This document shows positions 40,960 to 53,811 of a DNA stretch of 64,000 nucleotides, in pieces. Position 1 is the first letter of the stretch; every line of letters starts with the position of its first letter. Source of the stretch: Tubiluchus corallicola (taxonomy: Eukaryota; Animalia; Priapulida); assembly GCA_030141605.1 (NCBI GenBank), contig JAQGDQ010000980.1:1-64000 (forward strand), given 5' to 3'. Position numbers and translations under genes: made by a program. The notes under the pieces are model-generated. The model did not search any database. It worked only from the letters and a program-made list of their open reading frames with translations, and was not told the origin of the DNA.

Positions 40960-41467
40960 TTCAAGTTTTCAACGGACTTGTTCGTGAGACAACTGTTCAT
41001 TCGTAATATACAATGCAAATACCGTCTGCATACACATTTATAATTTCATGGATATCGACAATATGTGTAATATAAAATATGTTGTGTTAACTATGGGTAT
41101 TAGCAACACTGTGCAGCCAACTTGTTTCTAGGAAACGAGATTTGTCAAATGCTATAAATCACATTATGAATAAATTTTTTATCTGTATTCCGCGTGTAAT
41201 AAATATTTTTTGCACATTATTATACGTAATATAATTGAATACAAACACGGGAGGCAGAAAGAAGAGAAGAAAGAAAAGCAGCAAAAAACGGATAATTAAG
41301 AAAACAAAAAGAAGAGGAATGGAAGAAAAAGAAATCAGATGGAAAAACAAAAAACGAAGGATGAAATGAAAGTCTTCTACAGGTATATCTACAGGTATCC
41401 CTAGCGTATACATCTATTGGTATTGGTATCATCTATAGGTATACAGGTATATTTGTGAATATCTAAA

Positions 41468-41566
<99 letters not shown>

Positions 41567-41947
41567 TGTCGATATATAGAGTGTATTTACATCTATATAT
41601 CTATATCTCTATACCTCTGTAAGTACGTTAGGCTACGCTATGCCTACTCTACTCTATTCCTTGATACAAGAGCGCTTTGTGGATATCTTTTTATAGAATA
41701 ACTTTGCTGTTGGTATTGTCAAGATATAGACACAATACTGCGCACTTTAAACCCCAAGCACGTGACGAATGTGCATTTTGATTTACTGTTTGCATTAAAA
41801 TTACCGATGAACCTGCATCTTGGCTTCGTTATTAATTAACCGCACATGTACAATCGTGTCACCAGGATAAGTGTAATTATTTGCATTCGTAATTAGTAGC
41901 GTCACTAAAGGAATAATTAAAATATGTGTCACATCACTGTTAGGCAA

Positions 41948-42028
41948 TATATAATAGATTATCACATCGTAGCGATTATCATTTGTAAAACTAAACAGAA
42001 GCAGGTGGAGTCTTGGTGTCAAAGAGGT
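41948..42028 (+). promoter_or_regulatory. Gene C (copy 1) candidate TATA/Inr and non-coding exon 1
   Basis: TATATAAT at 41948, TCATTT at 41979, donor GTAAGT at 42029. Same layout as gene A. Confidence 0.55.
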
Positions 42029-42136
42029 GTAAGTATGATTATGTTTTGTAAGGTTATATATGTTCACCGAAATGCATGATTTACAGTAGACACACTAGTA
42101 ATTATTTTGTGGTCATAGTGATCGGCGTTGCAGGCG

Positions 42137-42626
<490 letters not shown>

Positions 42627-42987
42627 AGTAATTATTTTGTGGTCATAGTGATCGGCGTTGCAGGCGCTCTGTCAAGAAAGTTGATGCAGTTAGTTGCACA
42701 AACATTTTCGAATCCACCGTGCACACGATTCAAATTCTGTCGGGCAACAACTTGTCTGAGATAGATTTTTGCTCGTCAGTGGGTTCGATAAACGTTATTT
42801 TACCAACTTTGTCGCTCACATTTTTATTAAAAACGTTCTTCATTTTCTATCTCAGTCAAACTCATCCTGCTGTTCTCTGCAGGCTCAGTGGAAAAGTCTC
42901 TGCCTCAGACAAAACCAGATCAAACCAATAAAAAGCAGTCGTTTAGGTCACGTGTCACCTAGTAGTTGTTTACTGAGCATTGTTTAC

Positions 42988-43473
42988 TAAACAGCAACAG
43001 CATAATTTGTGGTTATGCTGACCACCATAGGATACATTATACCTCTGCTTAAAGACGTGTGACTTGCTAGTAATACGAAATTTAAATTCGCTTAGTTACG
43101 TTCCCTTATCTATGCTGGAATAACTGTAGACAACCGACATTGCTAGCGCGTGTGCAAAAATCATTGTTATTTTGAATTTATTGTCTACTACTTTCTTCTT
43201 TTAGGTGGAGTAGTTTGAGTAACTGACATTTTGTTTTATCAGATACATCGCCCGTATGATGTATAGACAAGCAAAATAAAGTTTCGACAATTTTAAAAAA
43301 ATCAACATATTGCATTTTCACTTTTATTTCGTGGTGAGACAATGCCCCTAAAATAAATAACTGAAAGTATTTTGTGCACAAAACATATTTAGAAAAAGTC
43401 ATAGGAAAGGTTTACTGGGATGCGTATGGTAAAAGGGTAAAATGTAAAAAAACCGGTCTGAGGGTAATTTTTT
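42988..43473. mobile_element. Truncated copy of the piggyBac-like MITE
   Basis: Near-identical to the interior of 23736-24350; termini missing. Confidence 0.8.
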
Positions 43474-43878
43474 ATAAGAATTATAAATTAATTTTATAAA
43501 ATGTTCACTAAGGATAATTACATAGTATCACGCGAATCGGGTTTTTCATGATAATAGTGTACGTGCAATTTCTAGAGATAGTGACTCGTAAGCCTATATG
43601 GCTGGATTTTCAAGTTTTTGTTATAACAATTTTAAGTTCTTACTAAACGAAATTGTGTCACTAAGATAAAGAATCTCTACTACTTCTACTAGTTCAGCTT
43701 GGCCAGCTTTGATAATACTTATCAATGTTTCCAGGCGTGTTGTTTGTTTGTTTATTTCGTGTGTTTTGTTTTGTATCTTTTACTTTTTACTGATTGGCTA
43801 TAATTATTTCAGTCTACAAGTTTAAATTTTTACATATCACATTTTTCGTTTTTGTATAGCGACAAGTAACTCGTCAAA

Positions 43879-44231
43879 ATGAGAAGCGTCATTGCAGTAC
43901 TTTTGACCGTGTCAACGGCACGCGCAGCATTCTTTCCCATGCCAGGTTTAAGCAATATGAACGCGTTAGGAATCCCTCAACATGTGAACGAGGCAGCAAT
44001 GCCATCAGGTGTGAACCAGGTAGAAGGCCCACCAGTTGTTAACGAGGTTGAGGGTCCTCCAGAAGGATATGATGAGACTTCGGTTGAAGAGACTCCTCCT
44101 GCGTCACCGTTTGCTTCAGCTATGAATAATTTGGTAAGAGCAGGTGCACAGACAGCGGGTAATTACGCTCGAAATCACGTGTCTAATGTAGCCAACAAAT
44201 TTGGTGGGTTAGGACGATCGTTTGCTAACAG
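43879..44231 (+). CDS. Gene C copy 1, coding exon 1: secreted protein with acidic Pro/Glu repeats
   Basis: Acceptor ttcgtttttgtatAG|C at 43860; caaaATG. MRSVIAVLLTVSTARA-AFF signal peptide, VNQVEGPP/VNEVEGPP repeats, phase-2 donor AG|GTAATT. Confidence 0.85.
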
Positions 44232-44359
44232 GTAATTTCAGTTTCTGTGGGAACTGACATTGTTGTTCTATTTCTAGTATAACCTTGACTGGTTCAATTT
44301 AACTTAATTCATTTAATTTGGTCAAGTTTAATTCAATTCAGTTAAGTTTTATTAACAAT

Positions 44360-44784
44360 CTTCTTCTTCTTCCTAGCTTTTCCCTATGCGGGGTCGCCGT
44401 TGTGAATAAGTCTTCTCCATGCATTCCTGTTGTTGGCCATCTCTTAATTTATGTTCTTCTCTCTAAGGTCTCCATTAATACATTCAAACTATCTCAGATT
44501 GGGTCGTCCTCTTCTTGTATTTCCCAGCACTTCCATTTCCATGACCTCCCTTCCCACATGATCTTCCCCGACTCTTCTTTTCAGATGCCCATACCATCGC
44601 AGTCTTGCCTCTTGTATCTTTTTCGAGCCTTCCACTACTTTCACTGTTCCTCTGATATTACTATTCCTGATTTTATCCCTTCTTGTTAATCCCACCATCC
44701 ATCTCAACATCCTCATCTCCGCCACATCCATTTTCTTCTCTTCAGTCTTCTTTAGAGGTGCTGCTTCCAGCCCATAGTTTAATG
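44360..44784 (-). mobile_element. 5'-truncated RTE LINE insertion in gene C intron
   Basis: YGLEA..AEMRMLRWMVGLTRRDKIRN..EARLRWYGHLKRR..RGRP, the classic RTE ORF end. (GAA)n tail and a 16-bp TSD AAGTTTTATTAACAAT at 44344-44359 and 44785-44800. Confidence 0.92.
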
Positions 44785-46225
44785 AAGTTTTATTAACAAT
44801 AAACAAGTGAAATGAGAACAGTCAAAACTTACTAGTGATGTCAATGACTATTTAGTTAAATCTGCAGGGTTGTTTTTGATGATGCTCGTGCAAAATTTTG
44901 CTTTTGCAAAATTTTTTACGTAATTTACTAAAAATTTGAACGTAACTTAAATAGGGTCGCCGAAATTAAAGCAAAACCGGACCCAACCTTAAACCGATCA
45001 AAACAATCTACTCTTTAAAATACTGAAAGGAAACGTACTACTTTTTTCAAAAATGACGTGAAAAATTATTACCACACAAACACGATTTTCTCGTTCTCGC
45101 TACTAGTTCTTCGCTGTTACTTGCATTTTGTCATTCACTGGTTAGATGGGCACCAGCGCCTGTATTTCGGAAACGCATTACACAAAAACAGGTGCTGTAC
45201 CTCTCAGTTCAGATGTGTTAATTTGTGACGAACTACACACGTTCGACAGCTCGTGCGTGAGCACAGCGGTAAATTTAAAATTTTGATTTTTTTGCCTTAC
45301 AACTTTCCTAGTCTTAGAACAAACACACTGAATATCTTACAGTAGCACTGTACTTCAATTTCCGCCTTTGCAAACACGTGCGGACGCTCATGGGATTTTT
45401 TTACTGTTGAAAATTGTGTTAGTTTGTGATGTAATCAATAGTTGGGCTCGTCCGTCGTTAATCAAGTTTTTAATCTATTATTTAACTATCAGAAACGCTT
45501 TTGCAGTATTAATTATGTTAAAATGTATACTTTTATCGGACTTAAAAATTGACTAGTATGTGAAAAATCATCCTGTCTTCCTTTAAGCAACGTAAAACGG
45601 TCCAATAGACGGATAGGCGATTGGGAGATGGCTGTGTAGACGGCGAAAATTCGGTAAACGTAAAGTGCCCTTTGCTCATTTAAAATCTCATCTCAAAAGA
45701 TTATGCTTGAAAATTACACAGATTTCGGTCCTGCTACAACAGCAGAGTCAGTTTAATGATGGATCCGGTTTGGAGAACGCTAAATTACATATAAAAACAC
45801 AATAATTAATTTTTTATTTAGTTTGTAGATTGAATCTTGCTCTTTAATTCGCGTAACTGTAATCACGACTGTAGCAGACTTAGCTTTTTTTGTTAATCTT
45901 ACTTATCGTGCACGAGGCGCCATCTGTGACGGGAATGTAAAGCTTTTGGTTTTGGCCGGTTTTTTCTGTTTGTTACCTGCTAGTCACCTGTCTTGTTTTT
46001 ATACACCTGTGCTCTGAAGGGTTAATCCACTTTATGGGATCTGTTGGACATTTGTGTACTGATTATGTTACAATAAAGCATTCAGTGGTATTAACCTCTG
46101 TTGACAGTGTTTCTGTGACTACAACGACTTTTGTCTTGACTTGTTACATGCTGTAATACTTAATGGCAATCCGAAAATAAACAACCCTATAAGATAAACT
46201 CAATATTTTGGTTTTAAATTTGCAG

Positions 46226-46280
46226 TTTTGGTGGTGGTTTTGGAGGAGGAAGGAAGCGATCGGCGTATTACACATACTAG
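46226..46280 (+). CDS. Gene C copy 1, terminal exon (S)FGGGFGGGRKRSAYYTY*
   Basis: Acceptor ttttaaatttgcAG|T fits the phase-2 donor; TAG at 46278-46280; AATAAA at 46324. Spliced CDS 408 nt = 135 aa. Confidence 0.8.
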
Positions 46281-46821
46281 GTCGAAGATACTCAATCATC
46301 CATTTCTGCTTTCAAGAATTTTGAATAAAGAGTGACATCAGTTATTATTTGTGTGGAATATTCTTTTGTGTTATGTTTTCTGTGGTCGCGACTTAAAAAA
46401 CAGTGTAAATATAGTGGAAAAATTTCGTCGTTAGCCAATTTCTGTAATCATTTTTGATAATCTTCCATAATCAAGACACATATACACCTCCTATAGGAGG
46501 AAACTAGCACTTTTGTTCTGATTGGAGTAACTAATTTCAAGTCCCAAGTTCCATATATGTGTGTATTTTATAATTTGTTATTTTTTGATCAGCCCTGAAC
46601 AGTTTAGCACGTTAGCGCATTTATATAAAAAGGGGATTATCAGTTGACATGTTTTAAAAGGTTAATTTACGGAAGGCAAATATGTATCCAAATTAGTCAC
46701 ACGTGAGTTTTCCTAGTCTAATTCCTTTGATAATAAAGATTTAGGAGGTCAAATATTTGTGTAAAATGTTTGTATTTTTAACGCATTGTGGGTCTACATT
46801 ACGAAAGCGTTTTAGGGCCAT

Positions 46822-49143
46822 GATATCCGATTATAAATAAATCTGGTTATAACAAACTTTTTTGCCATCCGATTGTAAAAAAATGTGGTTATAACCAATT
46901 TTTACCGTCCGATTGTAAAAAAATCTGGTTATAACCAATTTTTTGTCATCCTATTGTAAAAGATGTGGTTATAACCAATTGTTTGCCGTCAAATTGTAAA
47001 AGAATCTGGTTATAACCAATTTTTTGTCATCAGATTGTAAAAGAATCTGGTTATAACCAATTTTTGCCTTCCGATTGTAAAAGAATCTGGTTATAAACAA
47101 TTTTTTGCCGTCCGATTGTAAAAAATGTGGCAATAACTATTTTTTGCTATCCGATTGTAAAAAATGTGGTTACAACCAATTTTTACCGTTCGATTGTAAA
47201 AAAATCTGTTTATAACCAATTTTTTGTCATCCTATTGTAAAAGATGTGGTTATAACCAATTGTTTGCCGTCAAATTGTAAAAGAATCTGGTTATAACCAA
47301 TTTTTTGTCATCAGATTGTAAAAGAATCTGGTTATAACCAATTTTTGCCTTCCGATTGTAGAAAAAGTCTTGTACCTACTTTAATTTTTACCAGTCGATT
47401 GTAAAATAACGTAATAATTTTTTGCCTTCGTGGTCTTGCGCCATAATGATTCAATTTTACCGATCCGATTGAAAAAAGAATACGTTTACGCAACTCAATT
47501 TTATCATCCCTGTGTAAAAGATGGTTGCATATAAGCAATTGTTTATGCAAATAAATTTAAAGACCAGTCTGATTTTAACCAATATTTTTTATCGATTGTA
47601 AATCTGGTATAATTTTCATTATTGCATCTGGTTAGCAATTTTGCCATCCAATTGTAAAAAAATCTGGTTATAAACAATTTTTTGCTATCCGATTGTAAAA
47701 AAATCTGGTTATAAACAATTTTTGCCTTCCGATTGTAAAATAATCTGCTTATAACCAATTTTTGCCTTCCGATTGTAAAAGAATCTGGTTATAAACAATT
47801 TTTTGCCATCCAATTGTAAAAAATCTGGTTATAAACAATTTTTTGCTATCCGATTGTAAAAAAATCTGGTTATAAACAATTTTTTGCCATCCGATTGTAA
47901 AAAAATCTGGTTATAAACAATTTTTGCCTTCCGATTGTAAAATAATCTGCTTATAACCAATTTTTGCCTTCCGATTACCCAAATATTATAACAATTTTTT
48001 GCTACTCAGGTGAGAAGGCCAAAAATCTGGTTATAACCAATTTTGCCTTCCGGTTATGCCGTCTGGTTGTAACCAGGCTACCTGCCGTCCGATTATCTGT
48101 GGTTGTAAACAATTTTTTATCGTTATGCCGCGATCCTCAGTTTATAATAATTTTTGCCACCTTCCGATTTGTAAAATCGTGGTTATGATAACCAATTTTG
48201 CCGTCGGTATTATCTGGTTATAAACGAATTTTTTACCATCGATTGTAAAGGCGATCTGGTTATAACCATTTTAAATCAGTCAGTAGCTAGGCACCATAAA
48301 TATGGAATGATTTGGCACCAGGTCATGCACGGGTGCCCGTCAATAATGTTTGAAAAATCGTTCGCAAACATTTCCATAAACGATTTATGTAAATGTTATA
48401 TAAAATGATATGAATATGACTTGTATTTTTAAATACTAGTCATTAAACTTTGCATTAAATAACTAACCCATATATAACTAGCAACAAAGATTTAACCTGT
48501 ATATTTGTTTATCCAATATTAGTACATTTATATAGTGTCATTATGTTTCTAAAAAATGAAGTGTGTATGTCTTGTATATTTCCACTTGCGACTTACCGCA
48601 ATAATAAATATCATATAAAAAACACCACCGATATAAACCACTGAGCTTTACATTCTTCATCTTTCTACTTGCCATACTTTGCCACTAAGGTCAGCGTTGC
48701 TACCGCAAAGTAATTGCTATTAATTTTGCTATCCGGTTGTAAAAGAATCTGGTTATAAACAATTTTTTGCTATCCGGTTGTAAAAGAATCTGGTTATAAC
48801 AATTTTCATCCGATTGTAAAAAAATCTGGTTATAAACAATTTTTTGCCATCCGATTGTAAAAAAATGTGGTTATAAAAATTTTTTGCTATCCGGTTGTAA
48901 AAGAATCTGGTTATAAACAATTTTTTGCTATCCGGTTGTAAAAGAATCTGGTTATAACAATTTTTTTGCCATCCGATTGTAAAAAAATCTGGTTATAAAC
49001 AATTTTTTGCCATCCGATTGTAAAAAAATGTGGTTATAAAAATTTTTTGCTATCCGGTTGTAAAAGAATCTGGTTATAAACAATTTTTTGCTATCCGGTT
49101 GTAAAAGAATCTGGTTATAACAATTTTTTTGCCATCCGATTGT
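46822..49143. repeat. ~40-41-bp satellite (GCCATCCGATTGTAAAAAAATCTGGTTATAAACAATTTTTT)n, copy 1, interrupted and partly degenerate
   Basis: Directly visible; interrupted at ~48280-48720. Confidence 0.9.
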
Positions 49144-49969
49144 CAACGGTATCCCTACCGCCAGGCAAATTGAAATTGCATAACTTGCACTATATTTGGA
49201 AAAAAGAATTAAGAAAGCTCGGAAGATACTACCTCAGAATGTAAATGAAAACCGGCTTAGGATAAAGATAGGAAGACATTTTATGTATGAGAGCCAATTT
49301 GTCATTTTCACGTTTTATCTACGAACTGATATCATGTTGTCATACTGAAGTATATATTTGATACGTGTCATAACGTTTGTGCAATGCTGTAGCGAGCAAA
49401 TCATTGAAAACTCTGATTCTGTAGGTTAAGTAAATTTGTGATTTTTATGTCTTATCTACAGGCTGACAAGTAGTTGGCACAGTGAAATACGTGTGACACA
49501 GGTAATAACACCTTCTGCGATGATACAGAATTAGTAACACTAATTACATAGGTCGTATACTATACATGTATAACATAATGTAGTTTTTATTCACCGTTTA
49601 GGCCTATCAATAGCTACATCATACAACTACACGCGTTAGTCTTGGTAAAAACTGTCTTTCTTTACGTGTATCTTTTAACTTTGCTTCTTTATCACTTATT
49701 AATGGTATTATTAACGTCTACAATAACTAAATAAAAGAAGGCGCCAAATACTGAAATTATTCCATTCTGTGTTAAAAAACTAGTGTGTTAAACTTGGGCA
49801 CATTCTTCTACAGTAAATATGAAAACGAACTTGGTAGACAAATGAAAGAAAAAGTTTAGAATCAAATATAAATGTTAGTAATGAATTGATTTTTGTTAAC
49901 TGGTCGTGTACAATTCTGCAAAAAATATTTTATAAACTTTTCAAGTGAAGACAAAACAAAAACACTTAC

Positions 49970-50024
49970 CAAAAATGCACAATGCGCACAATGAAAAAGC
50001 AACGGCAACGGCAATATTACACAT
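49970..50024 (-). CDS. Duplicated gene B exon 1 (orphan or alternative signal-peptide exon)
   Basis: MCNIAVAVAFSLCALCIF-G|GTAAGT with intact ATG and donor; 4 substitutions versus 40905-40959. Exons 2-4 were not duplicated. Confidence 0.55.
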
Positions 50025-50532
50025 TTCAAGTTTTCAACGGACTTGTTCGTGAGACAACTGTTCATTCGTAATATACAATGCAAATACCGTCTGCATACAC
50101 ATTTATAATTTCATGGATATCGACAATATGTGTAATATAAAATATGTTGTGTTAACTATGGGTATTAGCAACACTGTGCAGCCAACTTGTTTCTAGGAAA
50201 CGAGATTTGTCAAATGCTATAAATCACATTATGAATAAATTTTTTATCTGTATTCCGCGTGTAATAAATATTTTTTGCACATTATTATACGTAATATAAT
50301 TGAATACAAACACGGGAGGCAGAAAGAAGAGAAGAAAGAAAAGCAGCAAAAAACGGATAATTAAGAAAACAAAAAGAAGAGGAATGGAAGAAAAAGAAAT
50401 CAGATGGAAAAACAAAAAACGAAGGATGAAATGAAAGTCTTCTACAGGTATATCTACAGGTATTCCTAGCGTATACATCTATTGGTATTGGTATCATCTA
50501 TAGGTATACAGGTATATTTGTGAATATCTAAA

Positions 50533-50609
<77 letters not shown>

Positions 50610-50990
50610 TGTCGATATATAGAGTGTATTTACATCTATATATCTATATCTCTATACATCTGTAAGTACGTTAGGCTACGCTATGCCTACTCTACTCTAT
50701 TCCTTGATACAAGAGCGCTTTGTGGATATCTTTTTATAGAATAACTTTGCTGTTGGTATTGTCAAGATATAGACACAATACTGCGCACTTTAAACCCCAA
50801 GCACGTGACGAATGTGCATTTTGATTTACTGTTTGCATTAAAATTACCGATGAACCTGCATCTTGGCTTCGTTATTAATTAACCGCACATGTACAATCGT
50901 GTCACCAGGATAAGTGTAATTATTTGCATTCGTAATTAGTAGCGTCACTAAAGGAATAATTAAAATATGTGTCACATCACTGTTAGGCAA

Positions 50991-51072
50991 TATATAATAG
51001 ATTATCACATCGTAGCAATTGTCATTTTGTAAAACTAAACAGAAGCAGGTGGAGTCTTGGTGTCAAAGAGGT
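50991..51072 (+). promoter_or_regulatory. Gene C (copy 2) candidate TATA/Inr and non-coding exon 1
   Basis: TATATAAT at 50991, TCATTT at 51022, donor GTAAGT at 51073. Confidence 0.55.
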
Positions 51073-51223
51073 GTAAGTATGATTATGTTTTGTAAGGTTA
51101 TATATGTTCACCGAAATGCATGATTTACATCTGTAGACACACTAGTAATTATTTTGTGGTCATAGTGATCGGCGTTGCAATCGCTACTGCTACTACTACT
51201 ACTACTACTACCACTACTACTAT

Positions 51224-51305
<82 letters not shown>

Positions 51306-51306
51306 G

Positions 51307-51395
<89 letters not shown>

Positions 51396-51396
51396 G

Positions 51397-51502
<106 letters not shown>

Positions 51503-51520
51503 CACTACTACTACTACTAT

Positions 51521-51641
<121 letters not shown>

Positions 51642-52014
51642 ATTTACACACACAGTAATTATTTTGTGGTCATAGTGATCGGCGTTGCAGGCGCTCTGTC
51701 AAGAAAGTTGATGCAGTTAGTTGCACAAACATTTTCGAATCCACCGTGCACACGATTCAAATTCTGTCGGGCAACAACTTGTCTGAGATAGATTTTTGCT
51801 CGTCAGTGGGTTCGATAAACGTTATTTTACCAACTTTGTCGCTCACATTTTTATTAAAAACGTTCTTCATTTTCTATCTCAGTCAAACTCATCCTGCTGT
51901 TCTCTGCAGGCTCAGTGGAAAAGTCTCTGCCTCAGACAAAACCAGATCAAACCAATAAAAAGCAGTCGTTTAGGTCACGTGTCACCTAGTAGTTGTTTAC
52001 TGAGCATTGTTTAC

Positions 52015-52500
52015 TAAACAGCAACAGCATAATTTGTGGTTATGCTGACCACCATAGGATACATTATACCTCTGCTTAAAGACGTGTGACTTGCTAGTAA
52101 TACGAAATTTAAATTCGCTTAGTTACGTTCCCTTATCTATGCTGGAATAACTGTAGACAACCGACATTGCTAGCGCGTGTGCAAAAATCATTGTTATTTT
52201 GAATTTATTGTCTACTACTTTCTTCTTTTAGGTGGAGTAGTTTGAGTAACTGACATTTTGTTTTATCAGATACATCGCCCGTATGATGTATAGACAAGCA
52301 AAATAAAGTTTCGACAATTTTAAAAAAATCAACATATTGCATTTTCACTTTTATTTCGTGGTGAGACAATGCCCCTAAAATAAATAACTGAAAGTATTTT
52401 GTGCACAAAACATATTTAGAAAAAGTCATAGGAAAGGTTTACTGGGATGCGTATGGTAAAAGGGTAAAATGTAAAAAAACCGGTCTGAGGGTAATTTTTT
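52015..52500. mobile_element. Truncated piggyBac-like MITE (duplicate)
   Basis: Copy of 42988-43473. Confidence 0.8.
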
Positions 52501-52905
52501 ATAAGAATTATAAATTAATTTTATAAAATGTTCACTAAGGATAATTACATAGTATCACGCGAATCGGGTTTTTCATGATAATAGTGTACGTGCAATTTCT
52601 AGAGATAGTGACTCGTAAGCCTATATGGCTGGATTTTCAAGTTTTTGTTATAACAATTTTAAGTTCTTACTAAACGAAATTGTGTCACTAAGATAAAGAA
52701 TCTCTACTACTTCTACTAGTTCAGCTTGGCCAGCTTTGATAATACTTATCAATGTTTCCAGGCGTGTTGTTTGTTTGTTTATTTCGTGTGTTTTGTTTTG
52801 TATCTTTTACTTTTTACTGATTGGCTATAATTATTTCAGTCTACAAGTTTAAATTTTTACATATCACATTTTTCGTTTTTGTATAGCGACAAGTAACTCG
52901 TCAAA

Positions 52906-53258
52906 ATGAGAAGCGTCATTGCAGTACTTTTGACCGTGTCAACGGCACGCGCAGCATTCTTTCCCATGCCAGGTTTAAGCAATATGAACGCGTTAGGAAT
53001 CCCTCAACATGTGAACGAGGCAGCAATGCCATCAGGTGTGAACCAGGTAGAAGGCCCACCAGTTGTTAACGAGGTTGAGGGTCCTCCAGAAGGATATGAT
53101 GAGACTTCGGTTGAAGAGACTCCTCCTGCGTCACCGTTTGCTTCAGCTATGAATAATTTGGTAAGAGCAGGTGCACAGACAGCGGGTAATTACGCTCGAA
53201 ATCACGTGTCTAATGTAGCCAACAAATTTGGTGGGTTAGGACGATCGTTTGCTAACAG
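52906..53258 (+). CDS. Gene C copy 2, coding exon 1
   Basis: Same translation and splice sites as 43879-44231. Confidence 0.83.
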
Positions 53259-53386
53259 GTAATTTCAGTTTCTGTGGGAACTGACATTGTTGTTCTATTT
53301 CTAGTATAACCTTGACTGGTTCAATTTAACTTAATTCATTTAATTTGGTCAAGTTTAATTCAATTCAGTTAAGTTTTATTAACAAT

Positions 53387-53811
53387 CTTCTTCTTCTTCC
53401 TAGCTTTTCCCTATGCGGGGTCGCCGTTGTGAATAAGTCTTCTCCATGCATTCCTGTTGTTGGCCATCTCTTAATTTATGTTCTTCTCTCTAAGGTCTCC
53501 ATTAATACATTCAAACTATCTCAGATTGGGTCGTCCTCTTCTTGTATTTCCCAGCACTTCCATTTCCATGACCTCCCTTCCCACATGATCTTCCCCGACT
53601 CTTCTTTTCAGGTGTCCATACCATCGCAGTCTTGCCTCTTGTATCTTTTTCGAGCCTTCCACTACTTTCACTGTTCCTCTGATATTACTATTCCTGATTT
53701 TATCCCTTCTTGTTAATCCCACCATCCATCTCAACATCCTCATCTCCGCCACATCCATTTTCTTCTCTTCAGTCTTCTTTAGAGGTGCTGCTTCCAGCCC
53801 ATAGTTTAATG
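53387..53811 (-). mobile_element. 5'-truncated RTE LINE (duplicate)
   Basis: Copy of 44360-44784 with the same 16-bp TSD (53371-53386 and 53812-53827). Confidence 0.9.

Noticed and set aside
45858-46148. Solo LTR (TGTAAT...AATAAA...GTTACA) in gene C intron
   Set aside because: No matching target-site duplication; cannot be supported without a repeat library.
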